Assembly: GCA_963664325.2 (NCBI GenBank)
Contig: CAXXDQ010000007.1
Span: 160,001-224,000, forward strand
Source: Desulfomonilia bacterium
Lineage (GTDB): Bacteria > Desulfobacterota > Desulfomonilia > UBA1062
DNA length: 64,000 nt
Direction: 5' to 3'
Positions 49,704 to 59,582 of the stretch are shown here, piece after piece. Within the stretch, counting starts at the first letter, position 1. Every line of letters starts with the position of its first letter. The notes beneath the pieces were generated by a model that worked only from the letters and a program-made list of their open reading frames with translations, was not told the DNA's origin and did not search any database. The position numbers were made by a program, and so were the translations under genes.

Positions 49704-52700
49704 ATGATGGGATATGCCATGAAAAGAACAACAAATTATCTGCCCTTTATCGCCATATTTATACTGCCTTTACTGTTTTATCCTGTAGTTGATTCATCGC
49801 TCTGGCAGAGCAGCAGCGATGTACACGCCTTTTTTGAATTTGCATCATCCCTGCTCGCCATAACGGCAGGGATAATGGTCCTGCTTCATTTCTTTACAAC
49901 AGGCCGCCTGTTCTTTCTGATTATTTCAATCGGATTCGTCCTGATAGGTACAGAAGAATTTGTCCATGCAATATTCTCTTTCAGCAGGACCTGGCCTGAA
50001 ACTATCCCCACCTTTAAACTGGCTATTTCCACGACCTGGCTGACCGGACACCTAGTCCTGTTGGCATCGTTCTTCTTCGCCCTTGTTTACGGGAAAAAGG
50101 AAATCGTTCAGGTTAAAAGGATACCGGATGCTGTTGTATATAATATTTTAGGCCTTATTTTTGCGGTCGTCGCAGCATTAATGATTTTCAATTCCCCGTT
50201 TCTTCCACATTTTGTTCAACTGGGTTCGATTACGAAGAAGATTACAGAACTTTCTCTGGCGTTATTATACTTTATCGCTTTTTTATTATACTCGAATGTC
50301 TACTTTAAACAGCAACACCGCAGCCCGCTTCTCTGGAGCATCGTCGCCTTCATTATCTTCCGGGTTCTGGCTCACATCTATGTGTTTGACGCACGGAATT
50401 TCTACGATTCACACTGGGACACAGCCCATCTGATAGTGTTTTTAAGCTATTTTTTCCCGATCTTCGGTGTCTGGGGTGAAACCTATAAATTGCACAGTTC
50501 ATCTCAGGCTCAGCTAAACAAACTCGGAATAGAAATGAACGAGCGAAAACAGGCCGAGGAGGCCCTGCATAAGAGCGAAGAACGGTTTCGTCTTTTATCA
50601 GAAGCCGCGTTTGAGGCAGTTGTCATTCATGAGGAAGGTGTCCTCATCAATGCGAACAGCCAGTATTTTAAAATGTTCGGGTATGAGCCGGAAGAAACGC
50701 TCGGCAAAGATATGATGTCCGTGACAATTGCCCCTGAAGCCCTGGAGTTTGCGAAAAATCAGACAGACATGGACAGCTCCGGACCTTACGAATCTATCGG
50801 GCTAAGGAAGGATGGGACAAGGTTTCCAATGGAGTTGCGCGGACGAAAGATGGAATACAAAGGACGCAGTGTCAGGTTCGGAGTTATCATTGACATTACT
50901 GAGCGTAAGCGTGTGGAGCAGGCTCTGCGGGAGAGCGAAGAGAAGTACCGCGAACTTGTCAGATATGCGCCGGCCGGGATTTACGAACTCGATTACGAGA
51001 CAAACCGGTTAACGAGCGTTAACGATATTCTCTGTGAATACACCGGATACACAAGAGACGAACTGCTTGGAATAGATTTTATCAACTTTCTCACAGAAGA
51101 GAGTCAGAAGCTTTTACATTCGCGCATTGAAAAGATTAAAGCCGGAGAAAAAATAGAACCTACGGTCGAGTTCTGCATCAGGACAAAAAACGGAAACAGT
51201 TTTTGGGGCCTTTTCAACGTCAGTCACATTTATGAATCCGGTAAATTGAAGAGTGCGACAGGTATCATCAATAACATTACAGACCGCAAATTGGCGGAAG
51301 AACAACTGCGCAGGGCGAATGCGTTCCTGGACTCGATAGTGGAGAATATCCCGGATATGATTTTTCTAAAGGACGCAAGATACCTCCGGTATCTGCAGTT
51401 CAACAGGGCGGGAGAGGATCTGCTCGGTTATTCCAGAATAGATATGATTGGAAAGAGCGATTATGATTTCTTTCCGAAAGAACAGGCGGATCACTTTAAT
51501 GAAAAGGACAGGGAGGTTTTAAACGGCAAGAAGGTTCTGGATATTCCGGAAGAGAATGTTCAGACGCTCAATAAGGGGGTGCGGATACTTCACACGAAGA
51601 AGGTTCCGCTGCTGGATGCGAACGGAGAACCCGAGTTCCTGCTCGGGATATCGGAGGACATAACCGAGCGCAAAAAGGCGGAGGAGGCGCTGAGGGAGAG
51701 CGAAAACCAGTTCGGTAAAATGATTTCCTGGGTGCCCGGGATGATTTACAAGTTTACGAAAAGGCCCGATGGAACTTATTACGTTCCATTCAGTACTCAG
51801 GGCATCAGGGATATTTTCGGATGTTCCCCTGAAGATGTAAGCGGGGACTTTTCTCCAATAACCAGGGTAATACTGCCCGAGGATCTGGATAAAGTAATCA
51901 GTACCATTGAATTCTCGGCCGGACATCTGAGCATCTGGGAATGTGAATATCGGGTACAGATTCCCGGCCAGCCGGTCAAATGGCTGCTGGGCCAATCGAC
52001 GCCTGAGAGAATGGATGACGGCAGCATAACCTGGTATGGCTTCAATACGGACATAACCGGGCGCAAACAGGCGGAGGAGGCGCTCCTGGAAAGCGAGTCG
52101 CGATACCGCCTGCTGTCTGAGCATACAACTGATACTGTTTTTATGATGGATATGAACCTCAAGATGACCTACCACAGCCCCTCGGGGGAAAAGCTTCGCG
52201 GTTTTACTGTAAAGGAGATAATGGAAATGCCGCTGGAGCGACAGGTCACACCCGAGTCTCTTAAACTGGTATCTGAGTTGTTCCTTAACGAGATACCAAA
52301 AGTGATTGCGGATCCGGGCTATAATCCAATCCGTTTATTGGACCTCGAGTATTCCTGCAAGGACGGTTCGACTGTGTGGGCTGAAAGCAAGTTCAGCATC
52401 ATAAGGGACGAAAAAAGCGGCAGGCCGGTGTCCATCCTGGGCGAAGGAAGGAATGTTACCGACCGGAAGCGGGCCGAGGAAGAAAAGGTCAAGCTGGTTG
52501 CCCAACTACAGCAGGCCCAGAAGATGGAGTCTGTGGGAAGGCTGGCAGGAGGCGTGGCACACGACTTCAACAACATGCTGGCCGTTATTCTCGGGCATGC
52601 AGAGCTGGCCCTTATGAAGATCGACCCGGCTCAGCCCCATCATGCCGATCTCCAGGAAATCCGGATGGCAGCGGAACGCTCCGCCGAGCTTACGAGGCAG

Positions 52701-53651
52701 CTGCTGGCGTTTGCACGCAAGCAGACCGTTTCCCCCATAGTGCTCGACCTGAACGAAACAGTTGAAGGCATGCTCAATATGCTGCGGAAACTTATCGGAG
52801 AAGACATTGACCTTGCATGGCTGCCTGGGGCAGGGGTATGGCCGGTCAGGGTGGACCCGTCCCAGATCGACCAGATATTGGCCAATCTGTGCGTCAATGC
52901 CCGCGATGCCATTGCTGGTGTCGGCAGGATAACCATTGAAACGGGCACAAATGTCTTTGACAGGGATTACTGCCTGGCTCACCCTGACTTTATGCCCGGT
53001 GAATATGTACGGATGACCGTCATCGACAACGGCTGCGGCATGGACAGGGAAACACTGGCTAATGTCTTCGAGCCATTTTTTACCACCAAGGAAGTAGGGA
53101 AGGGTACCGGTTTGGGTCTGGCCACCGTATACGGAATCGTAAATCAGAACAATGGCTTTATCGATGTATACAGCGAACCTGGACAGGGCACGACATTTTC
53201 GATCTACCTGCCGCGGTATGAGAGCCGGGTCAAGCAGCCACAGTCAGAAGATTCGTCCAAAAAGCCAATGGGCGGTCATGAAACCATCCTGCTCGTGGAA
53301 GACGAGCCGGCCATCCTTAATATGACCAGGATAATGCTTATCCGCCTGGGTTATACTGTTTTGGCCGCATCCGGTCCGGGAGATGCCATCAGCCTGGCCA
53401 AGGGGCATGACAGCGATGTTATCCATCTGGTCATGACCGACGTGGTCATGCCCGAGATGAACGGTTCTGACCTTGTCATGAGGCTGTCGTCTCTTTATCC
53501 TCATATAAAGAGCCTGTTCATGTCGGGATATACGGCCGACATCATAGCCCATCACGGCGTTCTTGATGAAGGGGTGTGCTTCATTCAGAAGCCGTTCTCC
53601 TTACTGGAGCTGGCTTCCAAAGTCAGGCAGGCGCTTGACGGTAAATTATGA
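49704..53651 (+). CDS. Multi-TM (MASE3-like) multi-PAS hybrid histidine kinase
   Basis: About 8 N-terminal TMs with His residues, five PAS repeats ending (D/N)(I/V)TxRK, AHDFNN, REC. Confidence 0.93.
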   Translation: MMGYAMKRTTNYLPFIAIFILPLLFYPVVDSSLWQSSSDVHAFFEFASSLLAITAGIMVLLHFFTTGRLFFLIISIGFVLIGTEEFVHAIFSFSRTWPETIPTFKLAISTTWLTGHLVLLASFFFALVYGKKEIVQVKRIPDAVVYNILGLIFAVVAALMIFNSPFLPHFVQLGSITKKITELSLALLYFIAFLLYSNVYFKQQHRSPLLWSIVAFIIFRVLAHIYVFDARNFYDSHWDTAHLIVFLSYFFPIFGVWGETYKLHSSSQAQLNKLGIEMNERKQAEEALHKSEERFRLLSEAAFEAVVIHEEGVLINANSQYFKMFGYEPEETLGKDMMSVTIAPEALEFAKNQTDMDSSGPYESIGLRKDGTRFPMELRGRKMEYKGRSVRFGVIIDITERKRVEQALRESEEKYRELVRYAPAGIYELDYETNRLTSVNDILCEYTGYTRDELLGIDFINFLTEESQKLLHSRIEKIKAGEKIEPTVEFCIRTKNGNSFWGLFNVSHIYESGKLKSATGIINNITDRKLAEEQLRRANAFLDSIVENIPDMIFLKDARYLRYLQFNRAGEDLLGYSRIDMIGKSDYDFFPKEQADHFNEKDREVLNGKKVLDIPEENVQTLNKGVRILHTKKVPLLDANGEPEFLLGISEDITERKKAEEALRESENQFGKMISWVPGMIYKFTKRPDGTYYVPFSTQGIRDIFGCSPEDVSGDFSPITRVILPEDLDKVISTIEFSAGHLSIWECEYRVQIPGQPVKWLLGQSTPERMDDGSITWYGFNTDITGRKQAEEALLESESRYRLLSEHTTDTVFMMDMNLKMTYHSPSGEKLRGFTVKEIMEMPLERQVTPESLKLVSELFLNEIPKVIADPGYNPIRLLDLEYSCKDGSTVWAESKFSIIRDEKSGRPVSILGEGRNVTDRKRAEEEKVKLVAQLQQAQKMESVGRLAGGVAHDFNNMLAVILGHAELALMKIDPAQPHHADLQEIRMAAERSAELTRQLLAFARKQTVSPIVLDLNETVEGMLNMLRKLIGEDIDLAWLPGAGVWPVRVDPSQIDQILANLCVNARDAIAGVGRITIETGTNVFDRDYCLAHPDFMPGEYVRMTVIDNGCGMDRETLANVFEPFFTTKEVGKGTGLGLATVYGIVNQNNGFIDVYSEPGQGTTFSIYLPRYESRVKQPQSEDSSKKPMGGHETILLVEDEPAILNMTRIMLIRLGYTVLAASGPGDAISLAKGHDSDVIHLVMTDVVMPEMNGSDLVMRLSSLYPHIKSLFMSGYTADIIAHHGVLDEGVCFIQKPFSLLELASKVRQALDGKL

Positions 53652-53782
53652 AACAGAAGGGAACAGACAAAATCAAGCGACAACAATAAATTTATTATTG
53701 AAGACAGATTATCTGATATTCACGTTTTCCCTTGAAATTCCATTAATGAAAAGCAAAGATGAATCTGACAGGGAGAATTCAA

Positions 53783-55063
53783 ATGACGAATATAGAACTC
53801 TTTGAAAAGGCCAACAAGGTTATTCCGGGCGGGGTTGACTCGCCTGTTCGCGCATTCAGGAAAGTGGGCGGTACACCGCGGTTCATTTCCTCGGCGAAAG
53901 GTGCATACATAACTGATGCTGAAGGTAAAAAATACATCGATTTCGTCCTTTCATGGGGGCCTATGATCCTGGGTCACTGCCATGAGGAAGTCGTGGAGGC
54001 GGTCCGGAAACAGGCGGCTACCGGCATGAGCTATGGGGCACCCACCGAGCTTGAGGTTATTATGGCCGAGACCGTATGCGGTGCCTTCTCCTCAATACAG
54101 AAAGTGCGCTTCGTAAATTCCGGCACCGAGGCTACAATGAGTGCGATCCGCCTTGCCCGGGCTTTCACGGGCAGGAATATCACCGTTAAATTCGAGGGAT
54201 GTTATCACGGCCATGTGGACAGCCTTCTGGTAAAGGCAGGTTCAGGCGCGTTGACTCTGGGAATAGCCGATACCGCCGGAATACCCGAAGGTATCGCCTC
54301 TACGACTGCTGTGATCGATTATAACGATATCGACGGGTTCAGGGCTTTCATGGCTGCAATGGGCGACCAGGTGGCGGCGGTTATTGTCGAGCCGGTAGCC
54401 GGGAATATGGGCGTAGTGCTGCCTGGGCCGGGATTTCTGGAAACATTGAGAGAGGAAACATTAAAAGCCGGAAGTCTGCTCATTTTTGATGAAGTCATAA
54501 CCGGTTTCAGGTTCAGGTTCGGGGGTTATCAGGATGAGATCGGAATCAAGCCTGACCTGACCTGTCTTGGAAAAATCATAGGAGGCGGCCTCCCTGTTGG
54601 AGCTTTCGGGGGCAGGGCGGACATCATGGATATGCTCGCACCGCTGGGCCCTGTTTACCAGGCGGGCACCCTTTCGGGAAATCCGCTTGCCATGGCGGCC
54701 GGACTGGCAACTCTGAAAATACTTAAAAATACAAATCCATATTCTGTGATTGAAAAATCCATGGGCAGGTTCCTTGACGCCATCGAATACGAGGCTGCAA
54801 GGTCCGGAAAATCTGTTGCCATTAACCGGATCGGATCTATGGCCTCCGTATTTTTTAATGATAATGATGTGAACGGCTTCGAGAATGTCATGGCCAGCGA
54901 TGCAAAAGCGTATACAAAATTCTTCCATGCATTATTGAATGAAGGTGTTTATCTTGCACCTTCACCTTATGAGGCCATGTTCGTAAGCACGGCACACGGT
55001 GAAGACGAAATCTCCAGGGCAATTGATGCAGCCGGCAGGGCGCTGAAATTGGCCCATGCCTAA
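53783..55063 (+). CDS. hemL: Glutamate-1-semialdehyde 2,1-aminomutase
   Basis: IPGGVDSPVRAF, NSGTEATMSA, FEGCYHGH, LGKIIGGG, YQAGTLSGNP. Confidence 0.97.
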   Translation: MTNIELFEKANKVIPGGVDSPVRAFRKVGGTPRFISSAKGAYITDAEGKKYIDFVLSWGPMILGHCHEEVVEAVRKQAATGMSYGAPTELEVIMAETVCGAFSSIQKVRFVNSGTEATMSAIRLARAFTGRNITVKFEGCYHGHVDSLLVKAGSGALTLGIADTAGIPEGIASTTAVIDYNDIDGFRAFMAAMGDQVAAVIVEPVAGNMGVVLPGPGFLETLREETLKAGSLLIFDEVITGFRFRFGGYQDEIGIKPDLTCLGKIIGGGLPVGAFGGRADIMDMLAPLGPVYQAGTLSGNPLAMAAGLATLKILKNTNPYSVIEKSMGRFLDAIEYEAARSGKSVAINRIGSMASVFFNDNDVNGFENVMASDAKAYTKFFHALLNEGVYLAPSPYEAMFVSTAHGEDEISRAIDAAGRALKLAHA

Positions 55064-55450
55064 GTTATTCAGGAAATGAATTAAATATTTAATAAATGAC
55101 GTCATAACATATTGATATCAATAATATAAAAACAACATGGCTTTAATTTGGCCTATACGCGAAGATTTTTGGAAGCCCTTTATGATTCATCATCCAGTTT
55201 TAAGGCCGAAGGGGCAATTTATCATTTTTAAGTAAAAATCACAGGAAGAATATGTCCGGCAAGAATCCATATATTGAACAATAACTTTTCAGATAAGATT
55301 AAATAAAATATTTTTTAAAATTATTTCTTCTCCGGTTTATTCGCAACCGGAGACAACCTAAAAAAAGCCCCTCATAATTTTATTATTATCGATTATAAAT
55401 ATTTCAAAAAGGGAAGTGACTCTTTAACCGTAGAGACCGGTATATTTAAT

Positions 55451-55478
55451 ATTTAACATAATATATATTATCGGCCAA
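55451..55478 (-). other. dif site (XerC/XerD recombination site)
   Basis: Minus strand TTGGCCGATAA-TATATA-TTATGTTAAAT; XerD arm identical to E. coli dif; in AT-rich gap between convergent genes. Confidence 0.9.
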
Positions 55479-55630
55479 ATAGGTATCTCATATCCATATG
55501 TCTGGTTCTTTATATCAATATCTTATCTGTTCTTGTCGACGTAATCAGTGAAAGCTTATTGACTTTCAGAAGACAGGAAATTTTTGATAGTTCCAATGCT
55601 GCCTGTAATAATTATTTTGAAGCAATCACT

Positions 55631-56860
55631 CTAGGATGCCAAAAGTTTTATGGGCAGATCCGGATTACCTCCGGCAAAATGTTTGAGCATGACAATCGGA
55701 TCGCTCCGGGAAAGATTCTCTATAATGACTCCTTCCTTTGCTGCACGCTCGCTGACGAAATATTCATCATAGGTATGCTGGCCATATCGGATGAGCACCG
55801 GGGTTTCGATGTTCCAGATACCCATGTTACCGTGGCCCTGCACCATAATCATGCCATAGGCCGCATTGTCTCTTATTATCACCTTCCTTCCCGGCATCAC
55901 GGTCAATTCCTTGGCACTGAAGGCATCGGATCTATAGCAGATCCATTTTTCGCAATAGCCGTCTTCCTTCATTTGCCGCAGATCCCCCGCTAGAACAGGA
56001 GGCATGAAGTGTTTCTTCTCAAAGTATGGATCGAGGTTGGCTTTCCAGTCGAGCACTTCTAATAGATATTCATAATCGCCCTTCTTTTCCTCCGGCGTAT
56101 CCTTCCATAAAAGATCTTCGGAGACGATCTGATTGTCAGTAAGAGACTGGTACATTGCAAAGACATCGGATGCCTTTTGCGGTTCATACGTGCACAGGCT
56201 TCCAGGCGCATGAAGTATCCCTGCAGGCACGTCCCAGCCAGTGCCGGTCCAGAGGCGATAGGCCTTCGAGAGTGAAGTTATCCTGTTGTCGCCTTTCGTA
56301 AAATTCATCAGGCATTCCTTGACGGATTCCCTGGTGGTGCCTGGATTGAGTCCGAAAAAGGTATATGGAAAGCGGCCTAAATGATTGTTCATTTGAGGAG
56401 AAAAGTAATAGGCCTCCGGTTTGCCGAGCTGTCCCACACGAGCCGCATGTGTATCATCATGATGGACGTGGTGAGGAAGCGGCCCGAGATTATCGAAGAA
56501 TTTTGAATAGACGGGCCATCCCCTGTTTTTTTTCCATAGCCGTGTGCCGATTATCTCTTCATGTGTCTCCTCGATGGCGTCCCTGAGACGAAAGATGAAC
56601 TCTTTTGACCCGTCTTCAAATATCACGAAGCTCTGGCCCTCGTCCGGGGATGTCAGAGGTCCGTTGTCTGCGGAAATAGTGGAAGACAGCCATCGTTCGT
56701 CGATACCGCCGCGCAGTCCGCCAAGTGCGTAATAGTCGTCAGGGTGAAGTTTTATCCTTCTGCCGGGGATGCAGAACGAGCGGGGAACCCAGTTCGGAGC
56801 CAGTCTCAATATCCCCCTTCCCTGCTCAAGCGCTTTTTCAGCAAGCGGTTTTATTGACAT
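55631..56860 (-). CDS. Cupin-fold sugar-phosphate isomerase-like protein (type I PMI-like)
   Basis: KFFDNLGPLPHHVH, KPEAYY, VPAGILHAPG metal-binding pattern. Confidence 0.65.
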   Translation of the reverse strand: MSIKPLAEKALEQGRGILRLAPNWVPRSFCIPGRRIKLHPDDYYALGGLRGGIDERWLSSTISADNGPLTSPDEGQSFVIFEDGSKEFIFRLRDAIEETHEEIIGTRLWKKNRGWPVYSKFFDNLGPLPHHVHHDDTHAARVGQLGKPEAYYFSPQMNNHLGRFPYTFFGLNPGTTRESVKECLMNFTKGDNRITSLSKAYRLWTGTGWDVPAGILHAPGSLCTYEPQKASDVFAMYQSLTDNQIVSEDLLWKDTPEEKKGDYEYLLEVLDWKANLDPYFEKKHFMPPVLAGDLRQMKEDGYCEKWICYRSDAFSAKELTVMPGRKVIIRDNAAYGMIMVQGHGNMGIWNIETPVLIRYGQHTYDEYFVSERAAKEGVIIENLSRSDPIVMLKHFAGGNPDLPIKLLAS

Positions 56861-56893
56861 TGCTGTCTCCTTTAACTCCGCAAAACGTAATTT

Positions 56894-58231
56894 TCAGGGT
56901 ACAACAGGCTTTGCATCTTTTTTTACATCACCGCTCATCTCGCCCGCCCTTTCTTCCAGCAATCTGTGCAGTATTTCCCTGTCGCCCACGATATATTTAG
57001 CAACGAACAGAAAAAGTATGCCGCAGAGCACCCACCAGGAGACTGCGAAATTCATCACGAAAAGATAGCCGAACGGTATGAGCAGGCCTCCGATGGCCGG
57101 GCCCACACCGTTGCCCAGGTTGCCTGTTATATTCAGCACTGAAAAGACCGTTCCCCTGTGTTCCGGACGGTTGACATTCATAATCATGGCCGGGACGTTC
57201 GCAGTGGCTACAGCAATGAGAAAGCCGGTTACGAAACCCAAAACCATGTAGAGCTTTATATTGGCCACCGGCAGGTTGATAAGTATAGCTGTGGGTATGA
57301 TGCCGAGTAGCACGACGATGCCGCACAGCATAGGCATGTATTTGGGTGACCTCTTGTAGAGCCATTCGCCCACATAGGCAAAGAATATACCCCCCAGAGT
57401 GCTGCCGACTCCGAGTACAAGGAATATGGTCGTGGCCATTTCCTTGCTGACATGCCTGTAAACCTGGAAAAACGTGATGGCCCAGTAGGTGAGGATTCCC
57501 CATGGTATCGTGCCCGGTATTCCCTGAAGAAAGATGTAGACGTTTGTCCTTATTCTGAGGATTATATTAAAATCTTTCAAGTTGATCTTCTGCCTGTATA
57601 CAAGGCCCTTCTGAATGAGGTCTTCCAGCGCTTCTTCAGTCCTTCCCCTGGCAGGTTCCTTTGCGTAAAGGGCGAAGAACAGCGCTATAGGGATGTTTGG
57701 TGCACCTATAAGGATGAAGGATATCCTCCAGCCGTATTTGTTGGTAAGGTAGCCGGCCAGCACGACCCCCAGCACGGTGCCTACAGACCATGCAGTATTC
57801 ATCCATGCCGCTGCAGTCGAACGGTGCTGCTCGCTGAAATAATCAGCAAGCACGGAATACGAAACCGGATATACGCCGCCCAGGCCTATGCCTGAAAGGA
57901 GCCTCAGAGCTGCGAATGCCCCGATTGTCTGTGTGAAAAAGGGAATCCCGGTCATTATGCAGGGGATCTCGCCGATCATGATGACCAGGACCAGCATGGC
58001 CTTGCGCGAGCCCTTGTCCGAAATATAGCCGAACAGGATGCTAACAAAGGCGCCTGTCAGGGTGAATGCAGACCCGATAAGCCCGAGCGTGGTCTCGCTC
58101 GCCCCGTACTCTTTTGAAAGCTCGGGGAGTATGGCCGACATTATCATCTGGTCGGCAAACAGCAGCGTTGTCATCACAAACAGAGTAGAAAGCGTTATGA
58201 TATCCCGCCCGCTCATTTTAACTTTGGACAT
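56894..58231 (-). CDS. MFS transporter
   Basis: GYISDKGSRK motif A, 12 hydrophobic segments, GWR. Confidence 0.93.
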   Translation of the reverse strand: MSKVKMSGRDIITLSTLFVMTTLLFADQMIMSAILPELSKEYGASETTLGLIGSAFTLTGAFVSILFGYISDKGSRKAMLVLVIMIGEIPCIMTGIPFFTQTIGAFAALRLLSGIGLGGVYPVSYSVLADYFSEQHRSTAAAWMNTAWSVGTVLGVVLAGYLTNKYGWRISFILIGAPNIPIALFFALYAKEPARGRTEEALEDLIQKGLVYRQKINLKDFNIILRIRTNVYIFLQGIPGTIPWGILTYWAITFFQVYRHVSKEMATTIFLVLGVGSTLGGIFFAYVGEWLYKRSPKYMPMLCGIVVLLGIIPTAILINLPVANIKLYMVLGFVTGFLIAVATANVPAMIMNVNRPEHRGTVFSVLNITGNLGNGVGPAIGGLLIPFGYLFVMNFAVSWWVLCGILFLFVAKYIVGDREILHRLLEERAGEMSGDVKKDAKPVVP

Positions 58232-58258
58232 ACATCCTCCTCAAATATTATCAGGCTG

Positions 58259-59566
58259 CTACCTGTATTTTGCCGCTACATCCATCGCTACTTCAGCCGT
58301 TTCCCAGAGGCGCACATGTTCTCTGCATACAGTACTTATGTCCTTCATAATTATCTCGACCGAACAGCCCTTTGTCTTTTCAAAGACATCGATCAGATAA
58401 TTCCTGAACCTGGCAGGTTCCCATGAGACACCGGCGAACATGGCGGGATTGGGCTTCACAGAAAGCACATAGTCATTGCCTACCTCCCTGACTCCCTTTT
58501 CAAGGTCTGCCCACGGGCCCATGGATATCTTGCGGAGGTTGGGGATCCTTCTCAGCATTTTTATTCTGTCGTGAAGGGACTCGCAGCAGCCATAATACTG
58601 CAGACCCATCCTTTCCATTAGCGGCAGTTCGTAGTTGAGCGCGAATTCCTCGTGCATCTTTGGGGAGACCGAGCCGAAAAGCTGGGCCGTGCAATGGCCC
58701 CATACATTTTTGAGCTTCACATGATTCGGATCAAAATCCTTTCCTGGAAGACTGTTCGTATATCCATATCCTCCGGCTCCCGTGGGCAATGTCTCGTCCC
58801 ATGTAAGGACGCCGAGGTCTTCATAAATGCTCAGTCGTTTAGAGCAGGCCTCGGAATACCTTTTGATCGCCATATGTACAAGCTCGGGCCGTTCTATGAG
58901 GTCTATCAGAAGTTCCTGAGAACCCCATAGCGTTACCAGATCATCCCAGAGGGCGAAAACGGGGTTGTCCAGCCCGCATTTTCTTAGTTCGAGGATGTCT
59001 CCGACGAATATGCTTCGCGCCTCGTGCAGTGCGTCGCTGACCTCCCTGTTGTATGTAATCTGGGGATCTCCGATCTTTTCGACATCCTTTTCATCCTTGA
59101 TCTGCGGAGTGTAATGGTGTGAGCTTACAAACCCGGCTTCTCCTGTTTCCACGTTCACGCCCTGAGGGATCAGCTCTTCCTGCACGTTGAGGCCGAACCC
59201 GAGATCGATGACGGCAAGCCATGAGAGGAGCCTCGGCTCAACAACCATGTCGCAGCGCATATGGTCCCACTGGTATAGAATGCACCGCATCTGATTTTCA
59301 ATGGACTGGGCGAACCTGTCGGTGCATTTAACGTCAAGCTCTCCGTTCACGTTCATCTCTGTCCACGGGACCTCGTCATGCTTGATGAGAATGGTGGTCT
59401 TTTTTTCAAGGTCGTTCACGCCCCGCCAGAGTTCCTTTTTTTCTTTCTGGACAGGCAGTGCAGCGATTTCAGCAATACGCTCCGCAAGCCCTCTAAGAAT
59501 GGAGACGTCATTATCGTCAATGTTAATATAAAAGTCTGGTCCAAGGGGTATTTTCTTTATAATCAT
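58259..59566 (-). CDS. Uroporphyrinogen decarboxylase/MtaA-like TIM-barrel protein of unknown function
   Basis: ELLIDLIERPELVH, VSPKMHEEF, YYGCCESLH, KISMGPW; start at ATG 59566 after AAGGAG. Confidence 0.6.
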   Translation of the reverse strand: MIIKKIPLGPDFYINIDDNDVSILRGLAERIAEIAALPVQKEKKELWRGVNDLEKKTTILIKHDEVPWTEMNVNGELDVKCTDRFAQSIENQMRCILYQWDHMRCDMVVEPRLLSWLAVIDLGFGLNVQEELIPQGVNVETGEAGFVSSHHYTPQIKDEKDVEKIGDPQITYNREVSDALHEARSIFVGDILELRKCGLDNPVFALWDDLVTLWGSQELLIDLIERPELVHMAIKRYSEACSKRLSIYEDLGVLTWDETLPTGAGGYGYTNSLPGKDFDPNHVKLKNVWGHCTAQLFGSVSPKMHEEFALNYELPLMERMGLQYYGCCESLHDRIKMLRRIPNLRKISMGPWADLEKGVREVGNDYVLSVKPNPAMFAGVSWEPARFRNYLIDVFEKTKGCSVEIIMKDISTVCREHVRLWETAEVAMDVAAKYR

Positions 59567-59582
59567 GTCTATCTCCTTCTCC

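Noticed and set aside
55138-55152. Possible + strand sigma54 box TGGCTTTAATTTGGC after hemL
   Set aside because: Poor -12 element and no downstream gene on that strand.
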